A stretch of 64,000 nt of DNA from an uncultured Clostridia bacterium (GTDB taxonomy: Bacteria; Bacillota; Clostridia; Christensenellales; CAG-314): positions 96,414-160,413 of the forward strand of contig CALVLA010000001.1 of NCBI GenBank assembly GCA_944336125.1, written 5' to 3'. Below the pieces are notes generated by a model. The model was not told the origin of the DNA. It worked only from the letters and a program-made list of their open reading frames with translations, and searched no databases. A program made the position numbers and the translations under genes. Below, one piece after another: positions 1 through 8,544 of this stretch (its first letter is position 1; every line of letters begins with the position of its first letter).

Positions 1-51
1 CTTGCTGAAAGCCCCTATCAACTTCGCTATAGGTTCGATAAAATTACTCAT
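1..51 (-). CDS. recR: Recombination protein RecR, first 17 codons only (gene runs off the left edge)
   Basis: Minus-strand ATG at 51..49 translates to MSNFIEPIAKLIGAFSK, which resembles the conserved RecR N-terminus (xEPIxKLIxxFxK). The start overlaps the ybaB stop (TAATG). dnaX-ybaB-recR is the conserved gene order. Confidence 0.7.
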   Translation of the reverse strand, partial: MSNFIEPIAKLIGAFSK

Positions 52-389
52 TAAAACATTCCGCCCATTCCGCCGGCAAGAGGTCCCATTTTGGCTTTTG
101 TTTCCTCGTCGGCCTGCGTGCTAGCATCGTTAAACGCCGCGACAATGAGGTCCTCCAACATTTCGAGGTCATCGGTGTCAACCGCTTCGGGTTTGATTGA
201 AACCGCAACCACTTCCTTTTTGCAAGTCATGGTGATTTCCACAAGACCGCCGCCCGCGCTTCCGGTAACTTCCGTTTCCGCGAGTTCTTCCTGTGCTTTT
301 TGCATTTGCTGCTGCATTTGCTGAGCCTGTTTGATGAGGTTTTGCATGTTTCCCATGCCGCCGCCGAAGCCGCCGCCGTATTTAGCCAT
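51..389 (-). CDS. ybaB: Nucleoid-associated protein YbaB/EbfC
   Basis: The 112-aa ORF has a Gly-rich N-terminus, a QQMQQQMQKAQEEL coiled segment and a GGGLVEITMT core typical of YbaB. It lies immediately downstream of dnaX. Confidence 0.9.
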   Translation of the reverse strand: MAKYGGGFGGGMGNMQNLIKQAQQMQQQMQKAQEELAETEVTGSAGGGLVEITMTCKKEVVAVSIKPEAVDTDDLEMLEDLIVAAFNDASTQADEETKAKMGPLAGGMGGMF

Positions 390-408
390 AAATTTTCTCC
401 TTAAAAAA

Positions 409-1929
409 TTATTCTACGATAAGCCTGTCTTTGCCTATCAGATGTTCAAGATTTTTTATGTCGTCCTCGATTGTCGACTTGTTCTCTTTAATTTCAAACT
501 TAAGGTTGAGTTTCGATTCATCGAACACGAGTTGATTTAAAATTTTAAAGTTGTTAGGTTGATTTAAAAGTGAGTTTTGACTTGCCGACACACTCAAAAC
601 AAAGTCATCGCCGTAAACGTACATTCCGTCTATTTCGGAGCAGCCGGCTTTAAGTATAGGGCTGTCGGTCTCTCTCACCCCTTTAAGCACTTTTGCCCAA
701 ATCATCTGCCCGCGCGAAAAATCCTTGTCGGCGGCAGGTTTTTTAACTTCCTCTTTTTCTACTTGTCGCCGGGGAGACACCGCCACGCCGTTTTTTTCGA
801 GGTAAGCTATGCGTTTTTCAAGTTGCGCGATTTTTTCGTCGTAATCGTCGTTTGCTACTTTGAGACAAACCGTCTCAAAAGTAACCCTCGGGTCAATGGC
901 ATATTTCAAGTCTGCCTCCACTTTGTTGAAAGCGTCAAGCGCGGCAAGCAATTTTTTGTTTGTTCTGCCCTGCGCCCTTGAAAAAAGGTTTTCAAAAATG
1001 TCGGCAGGCAGGTTGAGTATCTTTTGAGGCTCATTGCAGTTTTTGCAAATGAGCATGTCCCTTATGTGAACGGCAACGTCTTTTGCCAAAACCGAAATGC
1101 TTTTGCCTGTTTTTGCGATGTCGTCCACTTCCGAAAGAATTCCCGCCACGTCGCCGTCGAAAATGCTGTCAGAAAGCTTAAACACTTTGCTTTTGTCGGT
1201 AGCTCCCAAAATCTGCAAAACGTCGTCGTACTTTATGTTTCCGTCGGAAAAAGCGACGCATCTGTCCAAAACCGAAAGCGCGTCCCTGACGCTGCCCTCG
1301 CCTGCCGCGGCAACCGCCGCAAGCGCCTCACGGGTGTAACTTACCTTGCAGTCGTCGAGTATTTTTGACATAAGGTCGATAAGGTCGTTAATTCCCACCA
1401 GCTTAAAGTCAAAACGCATGCACCTCGACAAAATCGTGGCAGGCATTTTTTGCACTTCGGTGGTACAGAGAATAAACACCACGTGGCGCGGAGGCTCTTC
1501 CAAAGTTTTCAAAAGAGCGTTGTAAGCGCTGTCGGTAAGCATATGCACTTCGTCGATGATGTAAACTTTGTATTTACCGACAGAAGGCAGATAGTTTACC
1601 CTTTCACGCAAATCTCTGATTTCATCGACACGGTTGTTACTTGCGCCGTCGATTTCCACGATGTCCATGTTGGTAGGTTTCAACAGTTCGCGGCACACTT
1701 CGCACTCGTTGCAAGGATTGCCGTCAATCGGGTGAAGGCAGTTTATCGCCCTTGCGAAAATTCGCGCTGCGCTTGTTTTGCCCGTTCCGCGCGTACCGGT
1801 GAAAAGATAGGCGTGACTCACCTTGTCGTTTTTGATTTGGTTTGTGAGCGTCCTGACTATGTGCTGCTGACCTATGAGCTTGTCAAAATTGTCGGGACGG
1901 TATTTTCTGTAAATTGCAAGATACGCCAT
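409..1929 (-). CDS. dnaX: DNA polymerase III subunit gamma/tau
   Basis: 506 aa with N-terminal YRKYRPxxFxxLIGQ, Walker A GTRGTGKTS, a CNxCxxC zinc module, and DEVHML and SRC motifs. Confidence 0.95.
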   Translation of the reverse strand: MAYLAIYRKYRPDNFDKLIGQQHIVRTLTNQIKNDKVSHAYLFTGTRGTGKTSAARIFARAINCLHPIDGNPCNECEVCRELLKPTNMDIVEIDGASNNRVDEIRDLRERVNYLPSVGKYKVYIIDEVHMLTDSAYNALLKTLEEPPRHVVFILCTTEVQKMPATILSRCMRFDFKLVGINDLIDLMSKILDDCKVSYTREALAAVAAAGEGSVRDALSVLDRCVAFSDGNIKYDDVLQILGATDKSKVFKLSDSIFDGDVAGILSEVDDIAKTGKSISVLAKDVAVHIRDMLICKNCNEPQKILNLPADIFENLFSRAQGRTNKKLLAALDAFNKVEADLKYAIDPRVTFETVCLKVANDDYDEKIAQLEKRIAYLEKNGVAVSPRRQVEKEEVKKPAADKDFSRGQMIWAKVLKGVRETDSPILKAGCSEIDGMYVYGDDFVLSVSASQNSLLNQPNNFKILNQLVFDESKLNLKFEIKENKSTIEDDIKNLEHLIGKDRLIVE

Positions 1930-1931
1930 TT

Positions 1932-2483
1932 TTACCTCTGCAAAACTTTGTGAAGTTTGGTTTTTGCCCGCTGCAAAGCGTTGGAAGCGGAGCGAACCGA
2001 AATATTGAGTTCCTTTGAAATTTCGCCGTAATCAAACCCCTTGAAATACATCAAAACAACTTGTTTTTCAAGTTTGCTCAGGTGATTTTCGATGAGGTTA
2101 AGCAAAACGACGTTTTCCTCCCTGTCGATGACTATGTTGAGAGGTGATGCGTTTTTCAATGCGTTTTCGTTGAGACTGTCAAAAGGCACGGCATTGTTTA
2201 ACGCCTTGTTTTTGTCGGTGTTGTTTTTTTTGATGCAGTTTAAAATTTCGCGGTTGACGCACATCAGCGCAAAAGGCTTAAACTCCGCCGACTTTTCGGG
2301 GTCAAAACCGTTGATTGCCTTGAACAGACCTATCATGCCTTCCTGCATGAGGTCGTCGAGGTCGCCGCCGATAAGAAAATATCCGCGCGCTACGCTTTTG
2401 ATTAACGGTCTGAAAGCGTTGACTATTTCATCGACAGCCTGTTCGTCGCCGTTTTTTGCTTTTAAAACCTTTTCAAAATCCAT
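1932..2483 (-). CDS. sigH: Sigma-70 family RNA polymerase sigma factor, SigH-like
   Basis: 183 aa with a region 2 (DLMQEGMIGLFKAINGFD) and a C-terminal region 4 HTH (YGEISKELNISVRSASNALQRAK). It sits downstream of rlmB, as sigH does in Bacillus and Clostridium. Confidence 0.6.
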   Translation of the reverse strand: MDFEKVLKAKNGDEQAVDEIVNAFRPLIKSVARGYFLIGGDLDDLMQEGMIGLFKAINGFDPEKSAEFKPFALMCVNREILNCIKKNNTDKNKALNNAVPFDSLNENALKNASPLNIVIDREENVVLLNLIENHLSKLEKQVVLMYFKGFDYGEISKELNISVRSASNALQRAKTKLHKVLQR

Positions 2484-2484
2484 T

Positions 2485-3195
2485 TTACAATCTTTGACGC
2501 AAAGCTTCGTAAACTACTATGCCGCAAGCCACCGAAGCGTTGAGCGAATTGACTTTTCCGCGTATAGGAAGCGCTATACACTTGTCGCAAAGCTGTTTGG
2601 TAAGCTTTTTGACACCGCTTCCCTCACCTCCGATGACGAGAGCGACATTTCCTTTGAGGTCTGTTTTGTAAATATCCTCGCCGTCCATATCGGCGCAGAA
2701 CACCCATACACCTGCTTTTTGAAGTTCCTCGATAGCCGAGTTTATGTTTGTCACGCGAGCCACTCGCATGTGTTCGGTAGCACCGGCAGAAACCTTGACA
2801 ACGGTTTCGTTTACCGAAGCCGAGCGGTGTTTAGGAATAATAACTCCGTGTACTCCCGCACACTCGCAAACTCTTATCACGCTGCCCAGGTTGTGAGGGT
2901 CCTCAACGCCGTCAAGCAAAACGACAAACGCGTCCTCGTTTCTGCTTTTTGCATAGTCGAGTATGTCGCTTACGTCGCAGTACTCAAAATCCGAAGTTAC
3001 GGCAATAAAACCCTGGTGCCTTTTGGTCACGCTCATTTTGTCCATAGTGTTTTTGTCCAAAAAGCGAAGTTTAATGCCTTTGTCTCTCGCGATTGCTATG
3101 ATAGGGTGGTTAATCCCCTTTTCAACCATAATTACGTCAATGGTAGCGTCGCTTTTCAAAGCTTCCGCCACTGCGTTTTTTCCTTCAACGTTCAT
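2485..3195 (-). CDS. rlmB: 23S rRNA (guanosine-2'-O)-methyltransferase, SpoU/TrmH family (RlmB-like)
   Basis: 236 aa with SpoU motifs DGVEDPHNLGSVIR, LVIGGEGSG and SLNASVA. Confidence 0.85.
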   Translation of the reverse strand: MNVEGKNAVAEALKSDATIDVIMVEKGINHPIIAIARDKGIKLRFLDKNTMDKMSVTKRHQGFIAVTSDFEYCDVSDILDYAKSRNEDAFVVLLDGVEDPHNLGSVIRVCECAGVHGVIIPKHRSASVNETVVKVSAGATEHMRVARVTNINSAIEELQKAGVWVFCADMDGEDIYKTDLKGNVALVIGGEGSGVKKLTKQLCDKCIALPIRGKVNSLNASVACGIVVYEALRQRL

Positions 3196-3920
3196 TTGTT
3201 CAACCCGTCTTTCATTTTTCTTACTTCGGCTTGCCTGCCGCAGCTTTTAACGCCTTCGGTGCAACCCGAGCCTATGCAGTTAGGACCTGCTTTTTCAAAA
3301 AGGTTTGGCGCAACCTGCGAAACAAGTTTGAGCATTTGCCAAGCCACTTCCCTTATCTCCCACTGAGCGCGGTAGCAGCATCTCAATGAAAAAAAGTGCA
3401 AAAGTTCCCTCGCGTTCATTGTCATGACCATTTTCGTTTCGCTTGCGTTAGGGAGCACAAACCTTGCGTCCTCGTTGCTTTTTTCGTTTTTGCCGCCGAG
3501 AGCCTGCTGCCAGTCGGCATACCAACTACGCATAGTTTCCATTTGTTCTTCAAACTTTTTGACGGCGTCTTCCCCAAGTTCTTGGATTGCAGGAGGAATG
3601 ATGTAATTGAAGTTTTCCGCAGCCGAAACGTAACGCTGACTTTTTACCGAAAAACTTGCGATACGGTGCCTTGTCACCTGAGCAAGAAAAGCCCTGGAAA
3701 CACCCTCTATACCGAAAACGAAACTTACGTGTTCGATAGGCGACTGATGCCCCATGCTCATGAGCCTTTTGATAAATTTGGCGGTATTTTCCTCATTAAG
3801 TCCGCCGCCCAGGTCATCGATGGTAGCGTCGGAATAACAAAGCTTTGCGGCAAGCGCCACGGTTTGTTCGGGATTTGAAGTATATTGCAGCAGTTTTACG
3901 GAAGGTTTTACTCTTGGCAT
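3192..3920 (-). CDS. thyX: FAD-dependent thymidylate synthase ThyX
   Basis: 242 aa carrying the ThyX signature RHRIASFSVKSQRY (RHRxxSxxxxSxR). Confidence 0.9.
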   Translation of the reverse strand: MPRVKPSVKLLQYTSNPEQTVALAAKLCYSDATIDDLGGGLNEENTAKFIKRLMSMGHQSPIEHVSFVFGIEGVSRAFLAQVTRHRIASFSVKSQRYVSAAENFNYIIPPAIQELGEDAVKKFEEQMETMRSWYADWQQALGGKNEKSNEDARFVLPNASETKMVMTMNARELLHFFSLRCCYRAQWEIREVAWQMLKLVSQVAPNLFEKAGPNCIGSGCTEGVKSCGRQAEVRKMKDGLNK

Positions 3921-4312
3921 ATGTTGTCCCTCTCACTAAGTAAAAATTGAAGTCTGTCCTTTTGACCGGTAAGGTAAAGATAACCTACAAGCGCCTCGAA
4001 AGCCGTCGCCTTTTTGTAATCGGCAAGCGTCGCGTGTTTAGCCACTGTATGCGCCTTGCAGTTTTTTGCTCTGCGGAAAATATCTGCCTCGTCGCTTGTC
4101 AAAAGCGGCAAAATTTCATCAGCCTTGTCAGCTTGTCCGGCAGCTTTTACAAGAACGGTAGCCCTGCCATGCAAAACGTTGTTTTTTGCGTCACTGTGCT
4201 GAATAACCTTTTCGCGCGCGAAAAGCGTGTAAACCGCGTCACCCACAAAAGCCAGCGAAAGCGGATTTAACATTTTTGCCTGTTCAGGCGGCATATTTTC
4301 AAAAAAACTCAA
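3908..4312 (-). CDS. mrnC: Mini-ribonuclease III
   Basis: 134 aa. LAFVGDAVY and the EALVGYLYL RNase III-like motif are typical of Mini-III. Confidence 0.85.
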   Translation of the reverse strand: MSFFENMPPEQAKMLNPLSLAFVGDAVYTLFAREKVIQHSDAKNNVLHGRATVLVKAAGQADKADEILPLLTSDEADIFRRAKNCKAHTVAKHATLADYKKATAFEALVGYLYLTGQKDRLQFLLSERDNICQE

Positions 4313-4393
4313 TCTTCACCTCATATTGATTAAGTATTATTTTATCACAACAATTAAAGAAATACAATTATACGCCGACATAAACCGATAAAA

Positions 4394-4421
4394 TAAAAAA
4401 AGCGACGTCAAACGACGTCGC
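4394..4421 (-). terminator. Intrinsic terminator of the amidase gene
   Basis: Perfect 8-bp stem gcgacgtc/gacgtcgc (4402-4409 / 4414-4421) is followed on the minus strand by a T-run (plus-strand A-run 4395-4401). The stem overlaps the stop codon. Confidence 0.75.
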
Positions 4422-5151
4422 CGCTGTCAATTCCGCTGTAAGACATAAACAGCAATGCTCCCTCAAAAATTTTTCGCGCAAGTTTTTTTCGGTAAGTTTC
4501 GTCAAGCAGCTGCTGTTCTTCGTAAGGGTTTGACAAAAAACCGCATTCTACGATAACGCTAGGGCTTGTCGTACATTTAAGCATATAGTAATCGCCCTTA
4601 AGAGCCGCATGACTGTTTCCCGTAAAAGCGTTTAGCGAAGTCTGAATACGCGTGGCAAGTTTTTGACCCGCCTCGCTGTTTTGGTCAAAAAACACTTGCG
4701 GCCCGCTTCGCGAAGAAGAGGAAAATTTGTTCATATGGACGGAAATTACCATGTCGGCTTTTGCGTCCAGTATGATTTCTTTCCTTTTTGCCATGTCCCG
4801 TTTTTTAAAACCGTCGGTAGCCTCCCCGTAAAGACCGTTTTCGTCAGTTCGGGTAAGCACTACTTTAATGCCGCAGGTTTCAAATTCTTCCTTCAAAAGG
4901 TATGCCATTTTAAGGTTAAGTTCGCTTTCCTTAACACCCGAAGTTTTCCCTACCACGCCGCCGTCTATGCCGCCGTGCCCCGCGTCGATGACTACGACGT
5001 AATCAAAAAACTGCGTTTGCGAACTTGAAATAAAGTTTCCCAAAAAAATCAAAGCCAACGCCGAAACAAACACAAAAGCGGCAAGACAGACGCAAAAAAT
5101 TTTTATGCCTTTTCCGCCGTCATAACCCGCAATTTGACCCCTTTTTGCCAT
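4408..5151 (-). CDS. cwlD: N-acetylmuramoyl-L-alanine amidase (Amidase_3), CwlD-like with an N-terminal TM anchor
   Basis: DAGHGGIDGG, ISVHMN and ECGFLSN motifs. The start is taken at ATG 5151 (MAKRGQ...), preceded by a GAGGA RBS. The longer track ORF, extending to 5214, merely reads through the DnaA boxes. Confidence 0.7.
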   Translation of the reverse strand: MAKRGQIAGYDGGKGIKIFCVCLAAFVFVSALALIFLGNFISSSQTQFFDYVVVIDAGHGGIDGGVVGKTSGVKESELNLKMAYLLKEEFETCGIKVVLTRTDENGLYGEATDGFKKRDMAKRKEIILDAKADMVISVHMNKFSSSSRSGPQVFFDQNSEAGQKLATRIQTSLNAFTGNSHAALKGDYYMLKCTTSPSVIVECGFLSNPYEEQQLLDETYRKKLARKIFEGALLFMSYSGIDSGDVV

Positions 5152-5192
5152 AAAATCCTCAAAAAACACCAAAAAATAGTGAAGTAATCCAC

Positions 5193-5236
5193 TTATCCAC
5201 ATAGTTATCCACAAAAACGTTTGTTCGTGTGGACAA
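5193..5236. promoter_or_regulatory. Cluster of three DnaA boxes
   Basis: TTATCCACA at 5193-5201 and again at 5205-5213 are both perfect consensus. TGTGGACAA at 5228-5236 is TTGTCCACA on the other strand, with one mismatch. All three lie in the divergent amidase/bioY intergenic region. Confidence 0.7.
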
Positions 5237-5323
5237 CGTGTTTCACAAAACTCGTGAAAAATTTTTACAACAGCCGTCTATAAATTTTATTGCCCAAATG
5301 GCTCGAAAATACCTTTTCAGCCG

Positions 5324-5354
5324 TGTTGACAAAGGCATTTTTATCGGCTAACAT
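5324..5354 (+). promoter_or_regulatory. Sigma-A-type bioY promoter overlapped by a BirA-operator-like imperfect palindrome
   Basis: -35 TTGACA (5326-5331), a 17-nt spacer, then -10 TAACAT (5349-5354). The half sites TGTTGACA (5324-5331) and GGCTAACA (5346-5353), separated by 14 nt, resemble the Firmicute BirA signal TGTtAAC...GTTaACA as I recall it. Confidence 0.45.
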
Positions 5355-5361
5355 ATTTTTA

Positions 5362-5895
5362 ATGAACAATCAAAAATTAAAAAACATTTCCAAATGCGCT
5401 GTCATGGCGGCAGTTACGGCAGTGCTTTCGCAAATAATAATTCCCATAGGCCCCGTACCTATTAACCTTGCTGTTTTGGGTGCTTTTCTCGCGGGATTTT
5501 TGCTTTCCCCTTTGTGGGCGGCGGCTTCTCTCATCGTTTACATGGCGATGGGCGTTGTGGGAATTCCCGTATTCGCAGGTTTTCAAGGCGGAATTGCAGT
5601 CTTGTTAAACCAAACGGGTGGATACGTAGTAGGCTATGTTTTCACGGCACTGTTTACTTCATTGGGAAATAAAAGCGGAAAATTTTATCTTGCGGCTGCA
5701 GGAATGGCAGTGGGACTATTGATTTGCTACGCAATAGGCACAATATGGTTTATGACGGTGACAGGCAACGGACTTGCCGCAAGCCTTTCGGTTTGCGTGA
5801 TACCTTTCATCCCTTTCGACATTCTTAAAGGCGTTTGCGCCTACTTTGCAGGCAAAGCCGTGAACAGACAACTCAAACTTTCAAAACAAAACTAA
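5362..5895 (+). CDS. bioY: Biotin transporter BioY (ECF S-component)
   Basis: Multi-TM protein with the BioY-like pattern IPIGPVPINLAVLGAFLAG...GGYVVGY...FIPFDILK. The start is chosen at MNNQK (ATG 5362). No SD is visible and the -10 ends 8 nt upstream, so the mRNA may be leaderless. The start is uncertain; the track begins at TTG 5290. Confidence 0.75.
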   Translation: MNNQKLKNISKCAVMAAVTAVLSQIIIPIGPVPINLAVLGAFLAGFLLSPLWAAASLIVYMAMGVVGIPVFAGFQGGIAVLLNQTGGYVVGYVFTALFTSLGNKSGKFYLAAAGMAVGLLICYAIGTIWFMTVTGNGLAASLSVCVIPFIPFDILKGVCAYFAGKAVNRQLKLSKQN

Positions 5896-5926
5896 AAGCC
5901 CGAGTGTTTCGGGCTTTTTCTTTTTT
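5896..5926 (+). terminator. Intrinsic terminator after bioY
   Basis: Stem agcccga/tcgggct (5897-5903 / 5909-5915) followed by tttttctttttt. Confidence 0.75.
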
Positions 5927-6320
5927 AATCTATTTTGTTTACTCCGTCTTTGTCGCTGAGCTCTGCTTCGTCCACTTTGATTTTAAACACAGCCAAAAAC
6001 TCGCATTGGGGCGTACCGTAATGCTTTTCCAAAACGGGGCATGCTTCAAACATTTTTGTTTTTGTTTCAATATCCTGGCATTCCTCCGCTTTTCCGCTTA
6101 TCCTAATCCAATCGCGGCAGCAGTCCTTAATGGCGACAAGCTGAACGTTTGGGTTTTGCTTCATCTGGCCGTAAACTTCCTTTTTGTTTGAAGTTGCTAT
6201 GTAAAGGTCACTGCCAAACTCGGCAACCGCCCCGAAAGGACGTCCTATCGGACTGTCGTCTTTTACAGTCAAAACAAAAAATCTTTGGCATTGTTTCAAA
6301 AATTCAAATTTTTTACTCAT
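5925..6320 (-). CDS. Pyridoxamine 5'-phosphate oxidase-like (FMN-binding split-barrel) family protein
   Basis: 131 aa with the pattern FFVLTVKDDSPIGRPF...YIATSNKKEVYGQMKQNPNVQL, typical of the PNPOx-like / general stress protein 26 family. Confidence 0.55.
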   Translation of the reverse strand: MSKKFEFLKQCQRFFVLTVKDDSPIGRPFGAVAEFGSDLYIATSNKKEVYGQMKQNPNVQLVAIKDCCRDWIRISGKAEECQDIETKTKMFEACPVLEKHYGTPQCEFLAVFKIKVDEAELSDKDGVNKID

Positions 6321-7347
6321 TCGTATCCTCCTCTTTGTTTTGCTTCAAACTAAGCGTCGGGCATGCGTTAAGCGTCATGTCGGCAAAATCAATTCCTTCT
6401 CTCATAAGAAAATAACCTTGCGACGCTATCATTGCGGCATTGTCTCCGCAGTATTTCAATTCAGGCAAAAACAGGTTTATTCCCTGCTTGCGACATTGTT
6501 GGGAAGCGTATTCGCGCAAAAAACTGTTTGCGCCGACGCCTCCCGCAACACAAAGTTTTTTGTACTTTTGCGACGCGATTTTTACGGCTTCGTCAACAAC
6601 GCCTTTTACCGCGGCAACGGTAAAGCTTTTGGCCACGTCGTTTTGATTTACCTCTTCGCCTATCTGACTTTTGTTGTGAAGGTAATTTATGACGCCGGTT
6701 TTAAGGCCGCTGTAACTGAAGTTTCCGTCTTTCATGACAACCGATTTAAAGTTTATGTTGTCTTGTCCTTCCTTTGCCAGCCTGTCGATATGAACGCCGC
6801 CGGGATAAGGAAGACCCAAAGTCCTTGCGACCTTGTCAAAAGCTTCGCCGCACGCATCGTCGATTGTGGTGTTAAGCACGCGGTAATCGGTATAACTTTT
6901 TACGTCAACGATTGCCGTGTGTCCTCCGCTTGCCAAAAGACATATGAAAGGCGGTTCAAGTTCAGGATGAGTTATATAATTGGCGCAGATGTGTCCTTCG
7001 ATGTGGTTTACCTTGATGAGAGGAAGTCCCGTTGCCTGGCAAAAAGCCTTGGCGAAAGAAACGCCTACCAGCAAAGCTCCGACAAGTCCCGCGCCGTAAG
7101 TAACCGCCACGCAAGACAAATCGGCAGGAGAAACGCCTGCCGTTTTTAATGCCTCAGCTACAACGCCGTCAATATTTTTTACATGGTTTCTGCTTGCGAT
7201 TTCAGGCACAACGCCCCCGAAAGGACGGTGAATCTCAATTTGCGAGTTGACTACGCTTGACAAAACTTCCCTGCCGTTTTTGACTACGGCGGCGGCAGTT
7301 TCGTCGCATGACGACTCGATTCCCAAAATCAAAAAATCTTTTTCCAT
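6313..7347 (-). CDS. tsaD: tRNA N6-adenosine threonylcarbamoyltransferase
   Basis: 344 aa with ILGIESSCDETAAAVV, HIEGH and the conserved Kae1/TsaD core. Confidence 0.95.
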   Translation of the reverse strand: MEKDFLILGIESSCDETAAAVVKNGREVLSSVVNSQIEIHRPFGGVVPEIASRNHVKNIDGVVAEALKTAGVSPADLSCVAVTYGAGLVGALLVGVSFAKAFCQATGLPLIKVNHIEGHICANYITHPELEPPFICLLASGGHTAIVDVKSYTDYRVLNTTIDDACGEAFDKVARTLGLPYPGGVHIDRLAKEGQDNINFKSVVMKDGNFSYSGLKTGVINYLHNKSQIGEEVNQNDVAKSFTVAAVKGVVDEAVKIASQKYKKLCVAGGVGANSFLREYASQQCRKQGINLFLPELKYCGDNAAMIASQGYFLMREGIDFADMTLNACPTLSLKQNKEEDTNE

Positions 7348-8465
7348 TACAAAGCCTTTTGCAAATAATCTTCGATAAACGGCTGAATGTTGCCGTCCAT
7401 AACGTCTGTGATATTTGAGTTTTCAAAACCCGTTCTGTGGTCTTTTACAAGAGTGTAAGGGCAAAATACGTATGAGCGAATCTGGCTGCCCCACTCGATT
7501 TTTTTGATTTCGCCTTTAAGCGACATAGCCTCTTCCATCTGCTCGCGTTCTTTAAGCTCGATGAGCTTGCTTTTGAGCATTCTCATGGCCTGCTCACGGT
7601 TTTGAATTTGGCTGCGTTCGTTTTGACAAGCTACTACTATACCCGTAGGCAAGTGAGTGATACGAATAGCGCTTTCGGTTTTGTTGACGTGCTGACCGCC
7701 TGCGCCGCTGCTTCTGTAAGTGTCCACTTTAAGGTCTTTTTCCTCAATTACGATGTCTATGTCGCTGTCGATTTCAGGCATAACTTCAAGCGAAGCAAAG
7801 GAGGTGTGCCTGCGTTTGTTTGCGTCAAACGGCGAAATACGTACAAGACGGTGGACGCCTTTTTCGGCTTTGAGGTAGCCGTATGCGTTTATGCCGTTTA
7901 CCTGAAAAGTCACGCTTTTAATTCCTGCCTCGTCGCCCGGGAGCATATCGAGTTCCGCAACTTTGTAGCCGCGGCGTTCGCAGTAACGGGTGTACATTCT
8001 GTAAAGCATGCTTGCCCAGTCCTGAGCTTCGGTACCGCCTGCGCCCGCATGAAGGGTGAGAATAGCGTTGTTTCCGTCATATTTACCGCGAAGAAGAGTA
8101 GCGATGTAAAGCTCGCCTATTTCCTTTTTAAGTCTTTCACATTCGGCGGCGGTTTCTTCAAGCATTGCTTCGTCGTCACCGCACATTTCGAGAAGTTCCT
8201 CGCAGCTTGAAAGAGCTGAAGTGAGTTTTTCAAGCTCTTCCAATTTGTATTCTATATTTTTTGCCCTCTGCGCTACGCCCTGCGCTTTTTGAACGTCGTT
8301 CCAAAAGCCTTCCGCGTGCATCTGCGAATTAAGCTGTTCCAATTCACCTTTAAGGCTTTCCACGTCGAGCGACTCTGCTATGCCGCCGATTTTTCCCGAC
8401 AATTCCTTCAAATCCCTTTTGAGCTCGTCAATCTGAATCACTTTTTGCTCCTCACTAAAAATCAA
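7347..8465 (-). CDS. prfB: Peptide chain release factor 2, encoded in one continuous frame
   Basis: 372 aa with the SPF tripeptide (RISPFD), GGQ (SGAGGQHVN) and RF2-type N-terminal helices. No in-frame TGA or +1 shift site is needed. Confidence 0.93.
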   Translation of the reverse strand: MIFSEEQKVIQIDELKRDLKELSGKIGGIAESLDVESLKGELEQLNSQMHAEGFWNDVQKAQGVAQRAKNIEYKLEELEKLTSALSSCEELLEMCGDDEAMLEETAAECERLKKEIGELYIATLLRGKYDGNNAILTLHAGAGGTEAQDWASMLYRMYTRYCERRGYKVAELDMLPGDEAGIKSVTFQVNGINAYGYLKAEKGVHRLVRISPFDANKRRHTSFASLEVMPEIDSDIDIVIEEKDLKVDTYRSSGAGGQHVNKTESAIRITHLPTGIVVACQNERSQIQNREQAMRMLKSKLIELKEREQMEEAMSLKGEIKKIEWGSQIRSYVFCPYTLVKDHRTGFENSNITDVMDGNIQPFIEDYLQKAL

Positions 8466-8500
8466 TTATATTAAATTATCGCACACGTCACAAATAATTG

Positions 8501-8533
8501 TCAACAAACAAAAGCGGCGGTAACACCGCCGCT
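8501..8533 (-). terminator. Intrinsic terminator of the 787-aa lipoprotein gene
   Basis: Stem agcggcgg/ccgccgct (8513-8520 / 8526-8533), then tttgtttgttga on the minus strand. Confidence 0.7.
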
Positions 8534-8544
8534 TAAAATATTTT

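Noticed and set aside
2092-3366. Long plus-strand ORF (424 aa) and similar long antisense ORFs elsewhere in the track (for example 10989-11900, 12252-12989, 25228-26007, 27382-28395, 28419-29255, 32514-34091, 51127-51978, 54560-55153).
   Set aside because: Each lies entirely antisense to a well-supported conserved gene (sigH/rlmB/thyX, secA, fhs, transketolase, leuS, ABC ATPase, GlfT2-like). Each has a low-complexity, F/V/R-rich composition and no RBS. They are shadow ORFs.
5193-5236. Could the DnaA-box cluster be oriC itself?
   Set aside because: There is no dnaA or dnaN gene. No adjacent AT-rich unwinding element or DnaA-trio is evident, there are only three boxes, and the region is a 200-bp divergent promoter. 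A DnaA-regulated promoter or titration cluster is more likely.
7347-8465. Expected programmed +1 frameshift site in prfB.
   Set aside because: The RF2 reading frame is continuous from the N-terminal helices through SPF and GGQ. No in-frame TGA or CTTTGAC-type shift site is needed. A sizeable minority of bacteria lack the frameshift, so this is not anomalous.
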